DNA from: the human T2T-CHM13v2.0 reference genome, Homo sapiens
Length of the DNA: 64,000 bases
Assembly: GCF_009914755.1 (NCBI RefSeq)
Contig: NC_060927.1
Direction: 5' to 3' (one strand)
The notes below the pieces were generated by a model, which did no database searches, was not told the DNA's origin, and saw only the letters and a list, made by a program, of their open reading frames with translations. Position numbers and translations under genes: made by a program. Below, piece after piece: positions 14,746 to 28,400 of the stretch; within the stretch, counting starts at the first letter, position 1, and every line of letters starts with the position of its first letter.

Positions 14746-15184
14746 CTTAAAACAACACAGCTTTATTATCTTACACTTCCAGAAGTCAGAAGCCTGAAAT
14801 GAGTCCCATGGGGCTCAAGGCAGGGCTGATGCCTTCTGGGACTTCTAGAGGAGAAGCCAATTCCTTGCCTTTTTCAGTTTCTAGAAGCTGCCTGCATTCC
14901 TCAGCTGTGACCCCTTCCTCTATCTGCAAAGCCAGAAGCTTAGCATCTTCAAATCTCTTGCTCTCTGACTGATGCTCATGCTTCTACTATCCTCTTCCAT
15001 CTTTTAACTCTTGTGGTTATAGAGGGCTCACCTGGATAATCCAGAATAGTCTTCCTATTTTCAATTGATTAGTCACCTTAATTCCATCTGCAACTTTAAT
15101 TCCCCTTTTCCATGAAAACTTTTCACAGGTTCTGGGGATTAAGATGTGGACATTTTGTGGGAGACTATTATTACACCTATCACA
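14746..15184 (-). mobile_element. MLT1C/D-like LTR lacking U5, ending in an A-rich tail
   Basis: 'ttccttgcctttttcagtttctagaagctgcctgcattcctc' and 'cacaggttctggggattaagatgtggacat'; minus-strand AATAAA at 14762-14767. Confidence 0.85.
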
Positions 15185-15350
15185 AGCCTCATAACAACAC
15201 TATGAGGAGCTGACTGCAATTATCTTCAGTTCACAAATAAAGAAACCGAGGTAGAGAAAGATTGAAGACTGATCCAGTCTCACAGCTTGTTGACAGCAAA
15301 GGCAGGATCTGAACCTAGGCAGTCTGACTGTTAATGACCACCCTATACCA
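15185..15350 (-). mobile_element. MIR SINE
   Basis: 'agaaaccgaggtagagaaag...ggcaggatctgaacctaggcagtctgact'. Confidence 0.8.
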
Positions 15351-15471
15351 CTGCCTCTCCAACTTTAATGGATGGGAATCACTGGGGTCTTTGGGTCTTT
15401 CCATAATGCAAATTCTGATTTGCTAGATCTGGAGTAAGACCTAAGATCCTACATTCATATATATACATGTA

Positions 15472-15520
<49 letters not shown>

Positions 15521-15875
15521 CTTTTTAGAGACAGGGTCTTGCTCTGTTGCCCAGGCTGGATTGCAATGGTGCAATCACACCACAACCTTAAAACCCTGGG
15601 CTCAATGATCCTCTTGCCTTAGCATGCTAAGTAGCTGGGGTTGCAGGCATGTGTCACCACACAGGCCAATCAAAAAATTTTTTCTTTAGAGATGGAATCT
15701 TGCCATGCTGCCCAGGCTAGTTCTGTACTCCCAGGCCCAAGCTATCCTCCCGCCTCTGTCTCCTCAGTTGCTGGGATTACAGGCATGAACCACAGTGCCT
15801 GCTGATTCTGTATTTCTACCAGTTCTCAAGTAATGCCAAAGCCACTGGTCCACAGACTGCATTTTGAATAGCAGG
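15350..15875. mobile_element. MER5A-like hAT element split by an AluJ
   Basis: 'aatgcaaattctgatt...tctggagtaagacctaagat' resumes as 'tctgtatttctaccagttctcaagtaatgcc...ctggtccacagactgcattttgaatagca'. Confidence 0.7.
15457..15802 (-). mobile_element. AluJ with (AT)n/poly(T) tail
   Basis: 'gagacagggtcttgctctgttgcccaggctgg' and 'ctgggctcaatgatcctc' (J-type); highly diverged. Confidence 0.9.
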
Positions 15876-15899
15876 TCATCTCTTCCTCTAAAATGATAC

Positions 15900-16110
15900 C
15901 TCACACTTCGTGAGAACCTACTTTATGGCAGGTACTGAAATTAAGGGAATAAAGTCATTTAAATATCACTTAAATACTTAATGCAAAGGAAGTAGTAATC
16001 TTGTTTATTTTTTATGTGAAAACGGAAGCCCAGAGAGTTGAGATGATTTATTCAAGAGCACACAGCAAGTAAATGGTAGGCTTTCAATTGTCAACTACAA
16101 AATCTACACT
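15900..16110 (-). mobile_element. MIR SINE
   Basis: 'aaacggaagcccagagagttgagatgatttattcaagagcacacagcaagtaaatgg'. Confidence 0.7.
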
Positions 16111-17009
16111 AGCTAGTTTAATCAGACAAAGATTTCTTACACAATAGACGATAGTTTACAAAATCTTAAGAGGGCCGAAAATCCAGGCTTGGAAGCAGGA
16201 CAGTCAAGAGCCTCACAGTCAGGAACAGCTCCCAACCACAACTCAGACAGTTCTAGGGAAAACACCGTTGCTATCATCCACTTCTTGGAATGAATAATGT
16301 TAGGATGTTAGGACTGGCTGACAGAATTTCTTTGCAGAAGAACAATCCTCCTCCACCACTGTGACTGCAAAAGGTTAGGGTTTGGGGAGCTTCCAGATTG
16401 CTGAACTCATGGAGGTACCTGGAGGGTGGTGTACCTGTAGAGGGTATGGAAGGTCCAAGCCCCTTCTCACATACGTTGTCCTAGGCATCTCTTCCATCGG
16501 CTGTTCACCTATATCCTTTATCATATCCTTTATTAATATAATAAACTGGTAAATGGAAGTGTTTTCTTGAGTTCTGTGGGCCATCCTGGTAAAGCAATTG
16601 AACCTAAGAAGGGGATCATAGATACCCTGATTTATAGCCAGTCAGGAAGAAGTATAGGTGACAACCCTGTTACTGGCATCTGAAGTTGGGGGGCAGTATT
16701 GTGTGTGGTATCTGACTCTAACTCCAGGCAGATAATGTCAGAATTGAATTGAATTTTACAACACTTAGTTGTTGTTCACTGGAGAATTGCTTGGAGTATG
16801 GAGAACCTCCTGTTCCCAATCCATCAGAAGTATTCTGTGTTATGTTGTGTGGTGTGGTGACTGTTAAGTGTGTAAGAGTAGGAAAAACAATTTGTTTTGA
16901 AATTGAAACTTGAAAAACAAGTTGTCGTGTCTTCCTTATTTTTTCCAATCTGTGACAGTTCCTCAGTTTTTCCTTATCTTTCATGATCTTGAAACTTAAA
17001 AAATATATA

Positions 17010-17278
17010 AAAATTATTTAAATTATTTTTATTTTTAATTTTTTGTGGGTACATAGTAGTTGTATGTATTTATAAGGTACATGAGATTTTATGATACAGA
17101 ATGCAATGTATAATAATCACATTATGGAAAACGGGGTATCTATCCCCTCAAGCATTTATCCTTTGTGTTACAAATAATCTAATTATACTCTTTTAGTTAT
17201 TTTAAGTGTACAATTAAATTATGATAGACTGTAGTCACCCTATTGTGCTATCAAATACTAGGTCTTATTTATTCTTCT
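17010..17278 (-). mobile_element. L1MA1-3-like 3' end
   Basis: 'tgtgggtacatagtag...tcccctcaagcatttatcctttgtgttacaa'. Confidence 0.85.
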
Positions 17279-17398
17279 TTTTTTAAAAAAAACTTTTATT
17301 TTAGATTCAGTGGTACGTGTGCAGTTTGCCAACATAGGTAAACTTGTGTCATTGGGGTTTGTTGTACAGATTACTTTGTGACCCAGGTACTATATAGA

Positions 17399-17691
<293 letters not shown>

Positions 17692-18763
17692 TAGATAGAT
17701 ATTTTTATGATCCTCTCCCTCCTCCCACTCTCCACCCTCAAGTAGGCCCAAAACTCTCTTGTTCCCCTCTTTATATCCGTGTGTTCTCATCATTTAGCTC
17801 CCACTTATAAGTGAGAACATGTGGTATTTGGCTTTCTCTTCCTACATTAGTTTGCTAAGGATGGTGGCCTCAGGTTCCATCCATGTTCCCGCAACAGACA
17901 TGATCTCATTCTTTTTTATGGCTACATAGTAGTATTCCATGGTGTGTATGTACCATATTTTCTTTGTCCAGTCTGCCATTGATGGACATTTAGGTTGATT
18001 CCATGTCTCTGCTATTGTGAAGGGTGCTGCAGTGAACATACGTGTGCATGTGTCTTTATGGTAGAATGATTTATATTCCTTTGGGTATATACCCAGTAAT
18101 GGGATTGCTGTGTCAAAGGGTAGTTCTGTTTTTAGCTCTTTGAGGAATCATCACACTGCTTTCCACAATGGTTGAACAAATTTACACCCCCACCAAAAAT
18201 GTCAAAGCATTCCTTTTTCTGCCCAACCTTACCAGCATCTGCTATTTTTTGACTTTAATAATAGCCATTCTGACTGGTATGAGATGGTATCTCATGGTGG
18301 TTTGATTTGCATTTCTCTATTGATCAGTGATATTGAGTTTTTTTTCGATATGCTTGTTGACCACATATAAGTCTTCATTAGAAAAGTGTCTGTTCATGTC
18401 CTTTGCTCACTTTTTAATGGGGTTGTGTATTTTTTTTCTTGTAAATTTAAGTTTCTTACAGATGCTGGATATTAGTTCTTTGTCAGATGCATAGGTTACA
18501 AAATTTTTTCCCATTCTGTAGATTGTCTGTCTGCTCTGTTGATAGTTTTGCTTGCAGAAACTCTTAAGTTTAATTAGATCCCACTTGTCAATTTTTGCCT
18601 TTGTAGTGATTGCTTTTGGCATCCTTGTCATGAAATCTTTGCCAGTTCCTATGTCTGGAATGGTATTGCCTAGGTTGTCTTCCAAGGTTTTTATAGTTTT
18701 GGGTTTTACATTTAAGTCTTTTATCCATCGTGAATGGTGTAAGAAGGGGTCCAGTTTCTATCA

Positions 18764-19100
<337 letters not shown>

Positions 19101-22100
19101 GACGTTTTTCCCCAATGCTTGTCTTTGTCAGCTTTGTTAAAGATCAAATAGTTGTAGATGTGTGACTTTTTTTTCCTGGGCGCTCTATTTTGTTCCACTG
19201 GTTTATGTGTCTGTTTTTGTACAAGTATCATGCTGTTTTGGTTACTGTAGCCCTGTAATATAGTTTGAAGTTGGGTAATGTAATGCCCCCAGCTTTGTTC
19301 TTTTTGCTTAGGATTGCCTTGGCTACTTGAACTCTTTTTTTGCCTCCATATAAATTTTAAAATAGTTTTTTCTAATTCTGTGAAGAATGTCATTGGTAGA
19401 TTGATAGGAATAACATTGAATCTGTAAATTGCTTTGAGCACTTACAGATTGCCCTAAGTATGGCCATTTTAGCAGTATTGATTCTACGTATCTATGAACA
19501 TGAATGTTTTTCTTTTTGTTTGTGTCATCTCTGATTTCTTTGAGCAGTGTTTTATAATTTTCATTGTAGAGATCTTTTACCTCCCCAGTTAGCTGTATTC
19601 CTAGGTATTTTATCCTGTTTGTGGCAATTGTGAATGAGATTGAATTCCTGATTTGGCTCTCAACTTGGCTGTTGTTGGTGTATAGGAATGTTAGTAATTT
19701 TTATACATTGATTTTGTATCCTAAAACTTTGCCGAAGTTGTTTATAGGTTGAAGGAGCTTTTGGGATGAGACTATGGGGTTTTATAGATATAGGATCATG
19801 TCATCTGCAAACAGGGATAGTTTGACTTTCTCTCTTCCAATCACTTGCCTGATTGCTCTGGCCAGGACTTCCAATATTATGTTGAATAGGAGTGGTGAGA
19901 GAGGGCATTCTTGTCTTGAGATGGATTTCAAGGATAATGCTTCCAGCTTTTGCCCAATCTATATGATGTTGGCTTTGGGTTTGTCATAGATGGCTTTTGT
20001 TATTTTGAGGTTCCCTCAATACCTAGTTTATTGAGAGTTTTTAACATAAAGCGATGTTGAATTTTATCAAAAGCTTTTTCTTCATCTGTTGAGATAATCA
20101 TGTGGTTTTTGCCTTTAGTTCTGTTTATGTGATGAATTACATTTATTGATTTACATGTGTTGAACCAACCTTGCATCTCAGGAATAAAGCCTATTTGATA
20201 GTGGTGGATTAACTTTTCATTGTGTTGCTGGATTCAGTTTGCAAGTATTTTATTCAGGATTTTTGCATCGATGTTCATCAAAGGTATTGGCCTGAAATTC
20301 TCTTTTTTGCCAGATTTTTGTATCAAGTGTCTCTGCCAGATTTTGGTACCAAGATGATGCTGGCCTCATGGAATGAGTTGGGGAGGAGTATCTCCTCCTC
20401 AATTTTTTTTGAATAGTTTCAGTAGTAATGGTACTGGCTCTTCTTTGTACATCTGGTAGAATTCAGCTGTGAATCCATCTGATTCTGGGCTTTTTTGGTT
20501 GGTAGGCTATTTATTACTGATTCAGTTTCAGAGCTTATTATTGGTCTGCTCAGGGAATCAATTTTTTTTCTAGTTCAGTCTTAGGAGGGTGTGTGTGTCC
20601 AGAAATTTATCCATCTCTTCTAGGTTTTCTAGCTTGTGTGCATAGAGGTGCATATTAGTGTGTGCATATTAGTAGTCTCTGAGTTTGTATTTCTGTGTGG
20701 TCAGTGGTAACCTGCTTACTAAAGCATCCTTGGGCACCGAATAGTCAGCGGAAGTCAGGAAGTATTCGCTGCAGACCTTGGGTGAAACTCACAGATGTGC
20801 TGGCTTCAGATGTGACCCAGGGTGTTTTCCAGCTGTGATGGCTATGGGGAGAGACTCCTTTTACCTGAGAAAAGGAAAGGGAAAAGAGTAAAGAGGACTT
20901 TGTCTTGTTGCTTAGGTACCAGTTTAGCCACAGTGGGGTAGAGGACCAACTGGGCTCCTAGGGCTCCCAAATTCATACCTTGGCTCTTAGATGGCATTTC
21001 TAGACCTGCCCTAGGTCAGAGTGGAGCCCACTGCCCTGAAGGGGGAGTCCTAAGCCTGGCAGCATTCTCATAGGCTGACTGAAGAGCCCTTGGGCCCTGA
21101 GTGAACATCAACAGTAGCTTGGTAGTACTCACCACAGGCCTGAGGTGGTGGTTGCCATGGGGAAGGACTCTTATGCTTTTGGTATTAGGAGGAAATAATG
21201 GGAAGATCTTGTGGCCTGGGTGACAGCTCAGCCACAGTAGGCTAGAGCACTAGATAGATTATTATGGTTTTTGACTCTAGTCCCTGGCTCCCAGATGGTA
21301 TCTCTGGACCCACCTGGGACCAAGGGGAACTCACCACCCTGAATGGAAGGACACAATCCTGACTGGCTCCCCCACCTACTGATTGTAGAGCCCAGGGCCT
21401 TGAGTAAACATAGGTGGTAGCTAGACAGTGGTTACTGTGGGCCTGGGGTGAGATCCAATGGTCTTCTGGCTTTGCGTCTGACCCAGCACAGTCCTAGTAG
21501 TGATGGCCTCAAAAGGGCAAATATAAGAGTAATTGGCCTTAAAGAGGAGACACAGAGAGATAGGAGTAGAAAGTTTATTCAAAGGGATGATAACAGAAAA
21601 CTTCCCAAACCTAGAGAAATAAATGAATATTCAAGTACAAGAAGGTTATAGAACATCAAGCAGATTTAACCCAAATTAGATTTCCTCAAGATATTTAATA
21701 ATCAAACTTCAAAAGATCAAGGAAAGGATACTAGAAACAACAATAGAAAAGAAAGAAGTAACCTACAATGGAGCTCTAATATGTCTGGCAGCGGACTTCT
21801 CAGTGGAAACCTCAAAGGCGAAGAAAGAGAGGCATGACATATTTAAAGTGCTGAAGGAAAAAAAATACTTGTTTCTTAGAATAGTATATCCACTAAAGGT
21901 ATCCTTCAAAGATAAAGAAGAAATAAAGACTTTCTCAGACAAACAGAAGCTGAGGGATTTCATCAACAATAGACCTGTCCTACGAGAAATGTTAAGGAGA
22001 GTTATTTGATCTGAAAGAAAAGGACTTTAATAAGCAATAAGAAAGCATCTGAAGGTACAAAACTCACTGGTAATAGTAAGTACACAGAAAAACACAGAAT

Positions 22101-23090
22101 ATTATAACACTGTAAATGTGGTGTGTAAACTACTCATATCTTGAGTAGAAGGATTAAAAGATAAGCCAACCAGAAAGAATAACTACAACTTTTCAAAACA
22201 TAGATAGTACAATAAGATATAAATAGAAACAACAGAAAGTTAAAAAGTGGGGGGATAAAGTTAAATTGTAGAGTTTTTTTTGGTTTTCTCTTTTCTTTTT
22301 TGTTTCTTTAGCAATCAGTATTAAGTTGTATTAGGTTTAAAGTAATGGGTTGTAAGATATTATCAACAAGCCTCATGGTAACCTCAAATCAAAAAACATA
22401 CAACAGATAAAGAAAAATTACAAAGCAAGAAATTAAAACATACCACCAGAGAAAATCACCATCACTAACAGGAAGACAGGAAGGAAGAAAAGAAGGAACA
22501 TAAGATCATAGAACAACCATAAAAAAATAACAAAATGGCAAGAGTAAGTCCTTACTTATCAATAATAACATTACATATAAATGGACTAAGCTCTCTAATC
22601 AAAATACATAAAGTGACTGAATGGATAACAAAACAAGATTCAATAAAGACACATATAAAATGAAAACAAGAGATGGAAAAAGATATTCCATGCAAATGGA
22701 TACCTATAAAAGAGTAGGAGTAGCTATACTTAGATCAGACAAAATAGATTTCAGAACAAAAACTCTAACAAGAGACAAAGAAGATCATTATATAATAATA
22801 AAAGGGTCAATTCAGCAAGAGAATACAACAACTATAAATATATATGCACCTAACACTGGAAAACTCACATATATAAAGCAAATATTATTAGAGCTGAAGA
22901 GAGACAGACACTCAATACAATAATAGCTGGAAACTTCAACACTCCACTTACAATAAATTGGAAAATCTAGAAGAAATGGATAAATTTCTAGACACATACA
23001 GCCTACCAATCTTGAACTTGGAAAAAATCCAAAACCCAAACAGACCAATAACAAGTAATGAGATTGAAGTTGTAATAAAAAGTCCCCCAG

Positions 23091-25267
23091 TGTATTAGTC
23101 TGTTCTCATGCTGCTAATAAAGACATACCCAGGACTAGGTAATTTATAAAGGAAAGAGGCTTAGTGGACTCACAGCTCTACATGGCTGGAGAGGCCTCAC
23201 AATCATGGTGAAAGATGAAGGAAGAGCAAAGGGATATCTTACATGGCAGCAGGCAAGACAGAATGAGAGCCAAGCAAAAGGGGAAACCCCTTATAAAACG
23301 ATCAGATCTTATGAAACTTATTCACTACCATGAGAACAGTATGGGGGAAACTGCCACCATGATTCAATTCTCTCCCAACAGGTCCCTCCCACAACATGTG
23401 GAAATTATGGGAGGTACAATTCAAGATGAGATTTGGGTGGGAACACAGCCAAACCATATCATTCCACTCCTGGCCCTGTCCAAAATCTCAAGTCCTCACA
23501 TTTCAAAACCAATCATGCATTCCCAACAGCCTCCCAAATCCTTAATTCATTTCAGCATTAACTCAAAAATCCACAGTTCAAAGTCTCATCTGAGACAAAG
23601 CAGGTCCCTTCCACCTATCAGCCTGTAAAATCAAAAGCAAGTTAGTTACTTCCTAGATACAATGGGGGTACAGGCACTGGATAAATATACCCATTCCAAA
23701 TGGGATAAATTGGCCAAAACAAAGAAGCTAAAGGCCCCATGCAAGTCTGAAATGCAACAAGTCAGTCAAATCTTAAAGCTCCAAAATGATCTCCTTTGAC
23801 TCCATGTCTAACAAGTAGGTCATGTTGATGATGCAAGAGATGGGTTCCCATGGTCTTGGGCAGCTCCATCCCTATGGCTTTGAAGGTACATCTTCCCTCC
23901 TGGCTGCTTTCATGGGCTGGCATTGAGTGAGGCTTTTCCAGGCACATGGTGCAGGCTGTGAGTAGATCTACCATTCTGGGGTCTTGTGGATGGTGATCCA
24001 AAGCTCCACTAGGCAGTGCCCCAGTGGGAACTATGTGTGGGGACTTCAACTCTACATTTCCCTTCAACACTCCCCTAGCAAAGGTTCTCCACGAGGGCTC
24101 TGCCCCTGCAGCAAACTTCTGCCTGGACATCCAGGCATTTCCATACATCCTCTGAAATCAAAGCTGAGGTTCTAAACCTCAGTTCTTATGTGCATCCTCA
24201 GGATCAACATCACATGAAAGCTGCCAAGGCTTGGGGCTTGCATCCTCTGAAGCCACTGCTCAAGCCATATCTTGGCCTCTTTCAGCCATGGCTAGAGTGG
24301 CTGGGATGCAGGACAGCAAGTTCCTAGGCTGAATACAGCAGAGAGGCTTGGGCCCAGCTCACGAAACCAGCTTGAATTTCTCTTTAGAAAATGGGTTTTT
24401 CTTTTCTATCACATCATCAGGCTGCATATTTTCTGAACTTTTATGCTCTGTTTTCCTTTTAAAATTGAATGCGTTTTAACAGCACTGAAATCACCTCTTG
24501 AATGCTTTGCTGCTTAGAAGTTTCTTCCATCAGATACCCTAAGTCATCTTTCTCAAGTTCAAAGTTCCACACATCTCTAGGGTAGGGGCAAAATGCCACC
24601 AGTCTCTTTGCTTAAACAGAGCAAGAGTCACATTTACTTCAATTCCCAACAAATTCCTTATCTGCAGGTGAGACCATCTCAGCCTAGATTTCATTGTCCA
24701 TATCATTTTGGTCAAAGCCATTTAGCAAGTGGCTACGAAGTTTAAAACTTTCCCACATTTTCCTGTCTTCTTCCAAGCCCTCCAAAATGTTCCAACCTCT
24801 GCCTGTTATCCAGTTCCAAACTCGCTTCCACATTTACTTGGTACCATGTAAGATGCCCCTTTGCTTTTCCTTCATCTTCTGTCATGATTGTGAGGTCTCC
24901 CCAGCCATGTGGAACTGTGAATTCTTTAAACACCTTTCCTTTATAAATTACCCAATCTTGGGTATGTCTTTATTAGCAGCATGAGAACAGAATAATACAG
25001 TAAATTGGTACTGGTCATTTATAAAGGAAAAGCAAAGGGGCATCTTATATGGCACCAGGTAAGAGAGAATGAGAGCCAAGCAAAAGGGGAAACTCCTTAT
25101 AAAATGATCAGATCTCATGATACTTGTTCACTACCATGAAAGCAGCATGTGGGAAACCACCCTTATGATGCAATTTTCCCCCACCAGGTCCCTCCAACAA
25201 CACACAGCAATTATGGGAGCTACAATTCAAGATGAGATTTGGGTGAGGATACAGCCAAATCATATCA
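23091..25267 (-). mobile_element. THE1 (THE1C-like) MaLR provirus: LTR 23091-23461, internal region, rearranged second LTR to 25267
   Basis: LTR 'tgtattagtctgttctcatgctgctaataaagac...ccaaaccatatca'; THE1-int sequence; 5-bp TSD cccag (23086-23090) / cctag (25268-25272). Confidence 0.95.
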
Positions 25268-27477
25268 CCTAGCAAAGTCTGGGACTGTATGGTTTTACTC
25301 TGGAAATTTAGCAAACATTAAAAGAACTAATACCAACCCTAATTAAACTATTCTGAAAAATAGAGGATGAGGGAATACTTCCAAACTCATTCTATGAGGT
25401 CAATATTACCCTGATACCAAAACCAGACAAAAACACGTCAAAAAGAGAAAACTACAGGCCACTATCCCTGATGAACATTGATGCAGAAATCCTCAATGAA
25501 ATACTAGCAAATCAAATTAAACACCATATGAAAAAGATTATTCATCATGACCAAGTAGCATTTAAAGCAGGGATGCCAGGGTGGTTCAACATATGCAAAT
25601 CAATCAATGTGATACACCATATCAACAGAATGAGGGACAAAAACCATATGATCATTTCAACTAATGCTGAAAAGCATTTGATAAAATTCAACATCCCTTC
25701 ATAATAACAACTCTAAAAAAACTGGGTATAGAAGGAACATACCTCAACACAGAAAAGCCATATATGACGACTCACAGCTAGTATCACACTGAATGGGGAA
25801 AAACTTCATGTCCTTCCTCTAAGATCTGGAACACAACAAGAATGCCCACTTTTACCATTGTTATTCAACATAGTACTGTTAGTTCTAGCTAGAGCAATCA
25901 GATAAGAGAAAAAAACACAGGGCACCAGATTGGAAAGGAAGTCAAATTGCCCTTGTTTACAGATGATACGATCTTTTATTTGGAAAAATGTAAATACTCC
26001 ACCAAAAAATTATCAGAACTGATAAACAAATTTAGTAACATTGCAGGATAAAAAATTAATGTACAAAATCAGTAGTACTTCTATATGCCAACAGTGAACA
26101 TCTGAAAAAGAAATCAAGAAAGTAATCCCATTTACAATAGCTACAAATAAAATTAAATAGCTAGGAATTAACTAAAGAAGTAAAAAATCCTTACAATAAA
26201 AACTGTAAAACATTGATGCAAGAAATTGAAGAGGACACAAAAACGGAAAGATATTCCATGTTCATGGATTGGAAGAATCAACATTGTTAAAGTCGGTGCA
26301 ATCTCTATCAAAATGCCAATGACATTCTTCATAGAAACAGAAACAAAAATCCCAAAATTTATATGGAATCACAAAAGACCCAGAACAGCCAACGCTCTCC
26401 TGAGTGAAAAGAACAAAACTGAAGAAATCACATTATCTGACCATTTATACAACAAAACTAGAGTAAACAAAACAGCATGGTATTGGCATAAAAACAGACA
26501 CACAGACCAATAAAGCAGAACAGGGAACCCAGAAACAAATCCATACATCTACAATAAACAGTGCTGGGAAAACTAGACATATGCAGAAGAATGAAACTAA
26601 ACCCCTATCTCTTGCTGCACACAAATATAAAATCAAAATGGATAAAGACTTAAATCTAAAATTTCAAACTAAGAAACTAGGAAAAGAAAACTTTGGGAAA
26701 ACTCTCCAGGACATTGGACTGGGCACAGATTTCTTGAATGATACCCCACAAACACAGGCAACCAAAGCAAAAGTGGACAAATGGAATCACATCAAGTTAA
26801 AAAGCTTCTGAACAGCAAAGAAAATAATCGACAAAGTGAAGAGACAACACACAGAATGGGAGAAAATATTTGCAAACTATCCATCTGACAAGGAATTAAT
26901 AACTAGAATATAGAAGGAGCGCAAACAACTCTATAGGAAAAAACTAATAATCCATTTTAAAAATAGGCTAAAGATTTTAATAGACATTTCTCAAAAGAAG
27001 ACATACAAATGGCAAATAGGAATGTGAAAAGGCACTGATGAAAGGCACATCACTGATCATCAGAGAAATGCAAATGAAATCTGCAATGAGATATCATCTT
27101 ATCCTTGTTAAAATGGCTTTTATACAAAAGACAGGCAATAACAAATACTGACGAAGATGCAGAGAAACAGGAACCCTGGTACACTATTAGTGAGAATGTA
27201 AATTAGTACAACCACTATGGAGAACAGTTTGGAGGTTTCTCAGAAAGCTAAAAATGGAGATAACATATTATTAGGCAATCCTACTGCTAGGTATACACCC
27301 AAAAGAAAGGAAATCAGTATACTAAAGTGACATCTCCACTGCTATATTTATTTCAGCATTATTCACAATAGCCAAGATTTGGAAGCAACCTAGGTGTCTA
27401 TGAACAGAAAAATAGATAAAGGAAATGTGATACATTTACACAATGGAGTACTATTTAGCTTTAAAAAGAATGAGATT

Positions 27478-27759
27478 GGCTGGGTACGGTGGCTCATGCC
27501 TGTAATCCCAGCACTTTGGGAGGCTGAGACAGGCGAGGTCAGGAGATGGAGACCATCCTGGATAACACAGTGAAACCCCGTCTCTACTAAAAAAAATACA
27601 AAAAATTAGCCGGGCGTGATGGCGGGTGCCTGTAGTCCCAGCTACTCCAGAGGCTGAGGCAGGAGAACGGCATGAACCCAGGAGTGAGTCAAGATTGCAC
27701 CACTGCACACTCCAGCCTGGGCAACAGAGTGAGACTCCGTCTCAAAAAAAAAAGAAAAG
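27478..27759 (+). mobile_element. AluY with small internal deletions
   Basis: 'gagaccatcctggataacacagtgaaacccc'; TSD aaaaagaatgagat at 27463-27476 and 27760-27773. Confidence 0.93.
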
Positions 27760-28299
27760 AAAAAGAATGAGATCCTGTCATTTGCATCAACATCAGTGGA
27801 ACTGGAGATCATTATGTTGAATGAAATAAGTTGGGCACAGAAAGATAAATTTCACATGTTCCCACTCAGTTTTGGTTGCTGAAAATGAAAACAGTTACAC
27901 TCATGGAGATAGAGAGTAGAATGATGGTTACCAGAGGCTGGGAAGGACAGTGTGAGGGTGGGGTGAAGGTAGGGGAGTAGGGAGGTGGTGGAGGGGGGAC
28001 ATTTTTTAATGGGTACAAAATTATATTTAGAATAAATAAGATCCAGTATTTGATCATAGACCGGGTGACTATAGACAACAATAATTTATTGTACATTTAT
28101 AAATAACTGAAAGAGTACAGTTGGTTTGCTTGTAATACAAAGAAAGGATAAGTGCTTGAGTTGATACATATTCCATTTACCCTGATGTGATTATTACACG
28201 TTGTATGCCTGTATCAAAATAGTACATGTTTCCTGTAAATATATACAACTACTATGTACCCATAAAAATTAAAATAAAATATTTTAAAAAGAAAAGTTA

Positions 28300-28400
28300 A
28301 ATTTCCATTCAGTAAATATTTATTAAGAGCCCACTGTATGGGAGTGCTGGGCTAGATATGAAGACATGTTCCTCCTAACCCCGAGAGTGTATTCTCTAGG
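28300..28400 (-). mobile_element. L2 3' fragment
   Basis: 'cattcagtaaatatttattaagagcccactgtatg...gtgctgggc'. Confidence 0.6.

Larger units (their letters stand above)
14353..16919 (+). mobile_element. MER21-family LTR (14353-14730 and ~16368-16919), interrupted by a 1.6-kb block
   Basis: TG...CA ends; 'aatcatgcctatataatgaagccttcataaaac' joins 'gggtttggggagcttccagattgctgaac', as in the recalled MER21 consensus. Confidence 0.85.
14100..17000 (-). mobile_element. L1MB/L1MC 3' end (14100-14352 and 16920-17000), split by MER21
   Basis: 'cattgcatttag' resumes as 'ttgtcgtgtcttcc...tctgtgacagttcctcag' after the LTR. Confidence 0.75.
20713..28292 (+). mobile_element. Long L1MA (L1MA2/3-like): 5'UTR, ORF1, spacer, ORF2, 3'UTR, with internal deletions; interrupted by THE1 and AluY
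   Basis: 5'UTR with ~300-bp tandem units (20800-21490). ORF1 fragments (KRANIRVIGLKE; EEIKTFSDKQKLRDF). ORF2 endonuclease (GVAILRSDKIDF...NIYAPN) and RT ([14 protein letters not shown]). 3' end 'ctactatgtacccataaaaattaaaa'. Confidence 0.92.

Noticed and set aside
20800-21490. ~300-bp tandem repeat as a novel array
   Set aside because: Consistent with the repeated units of L1M/L1MA 5'UTRs.
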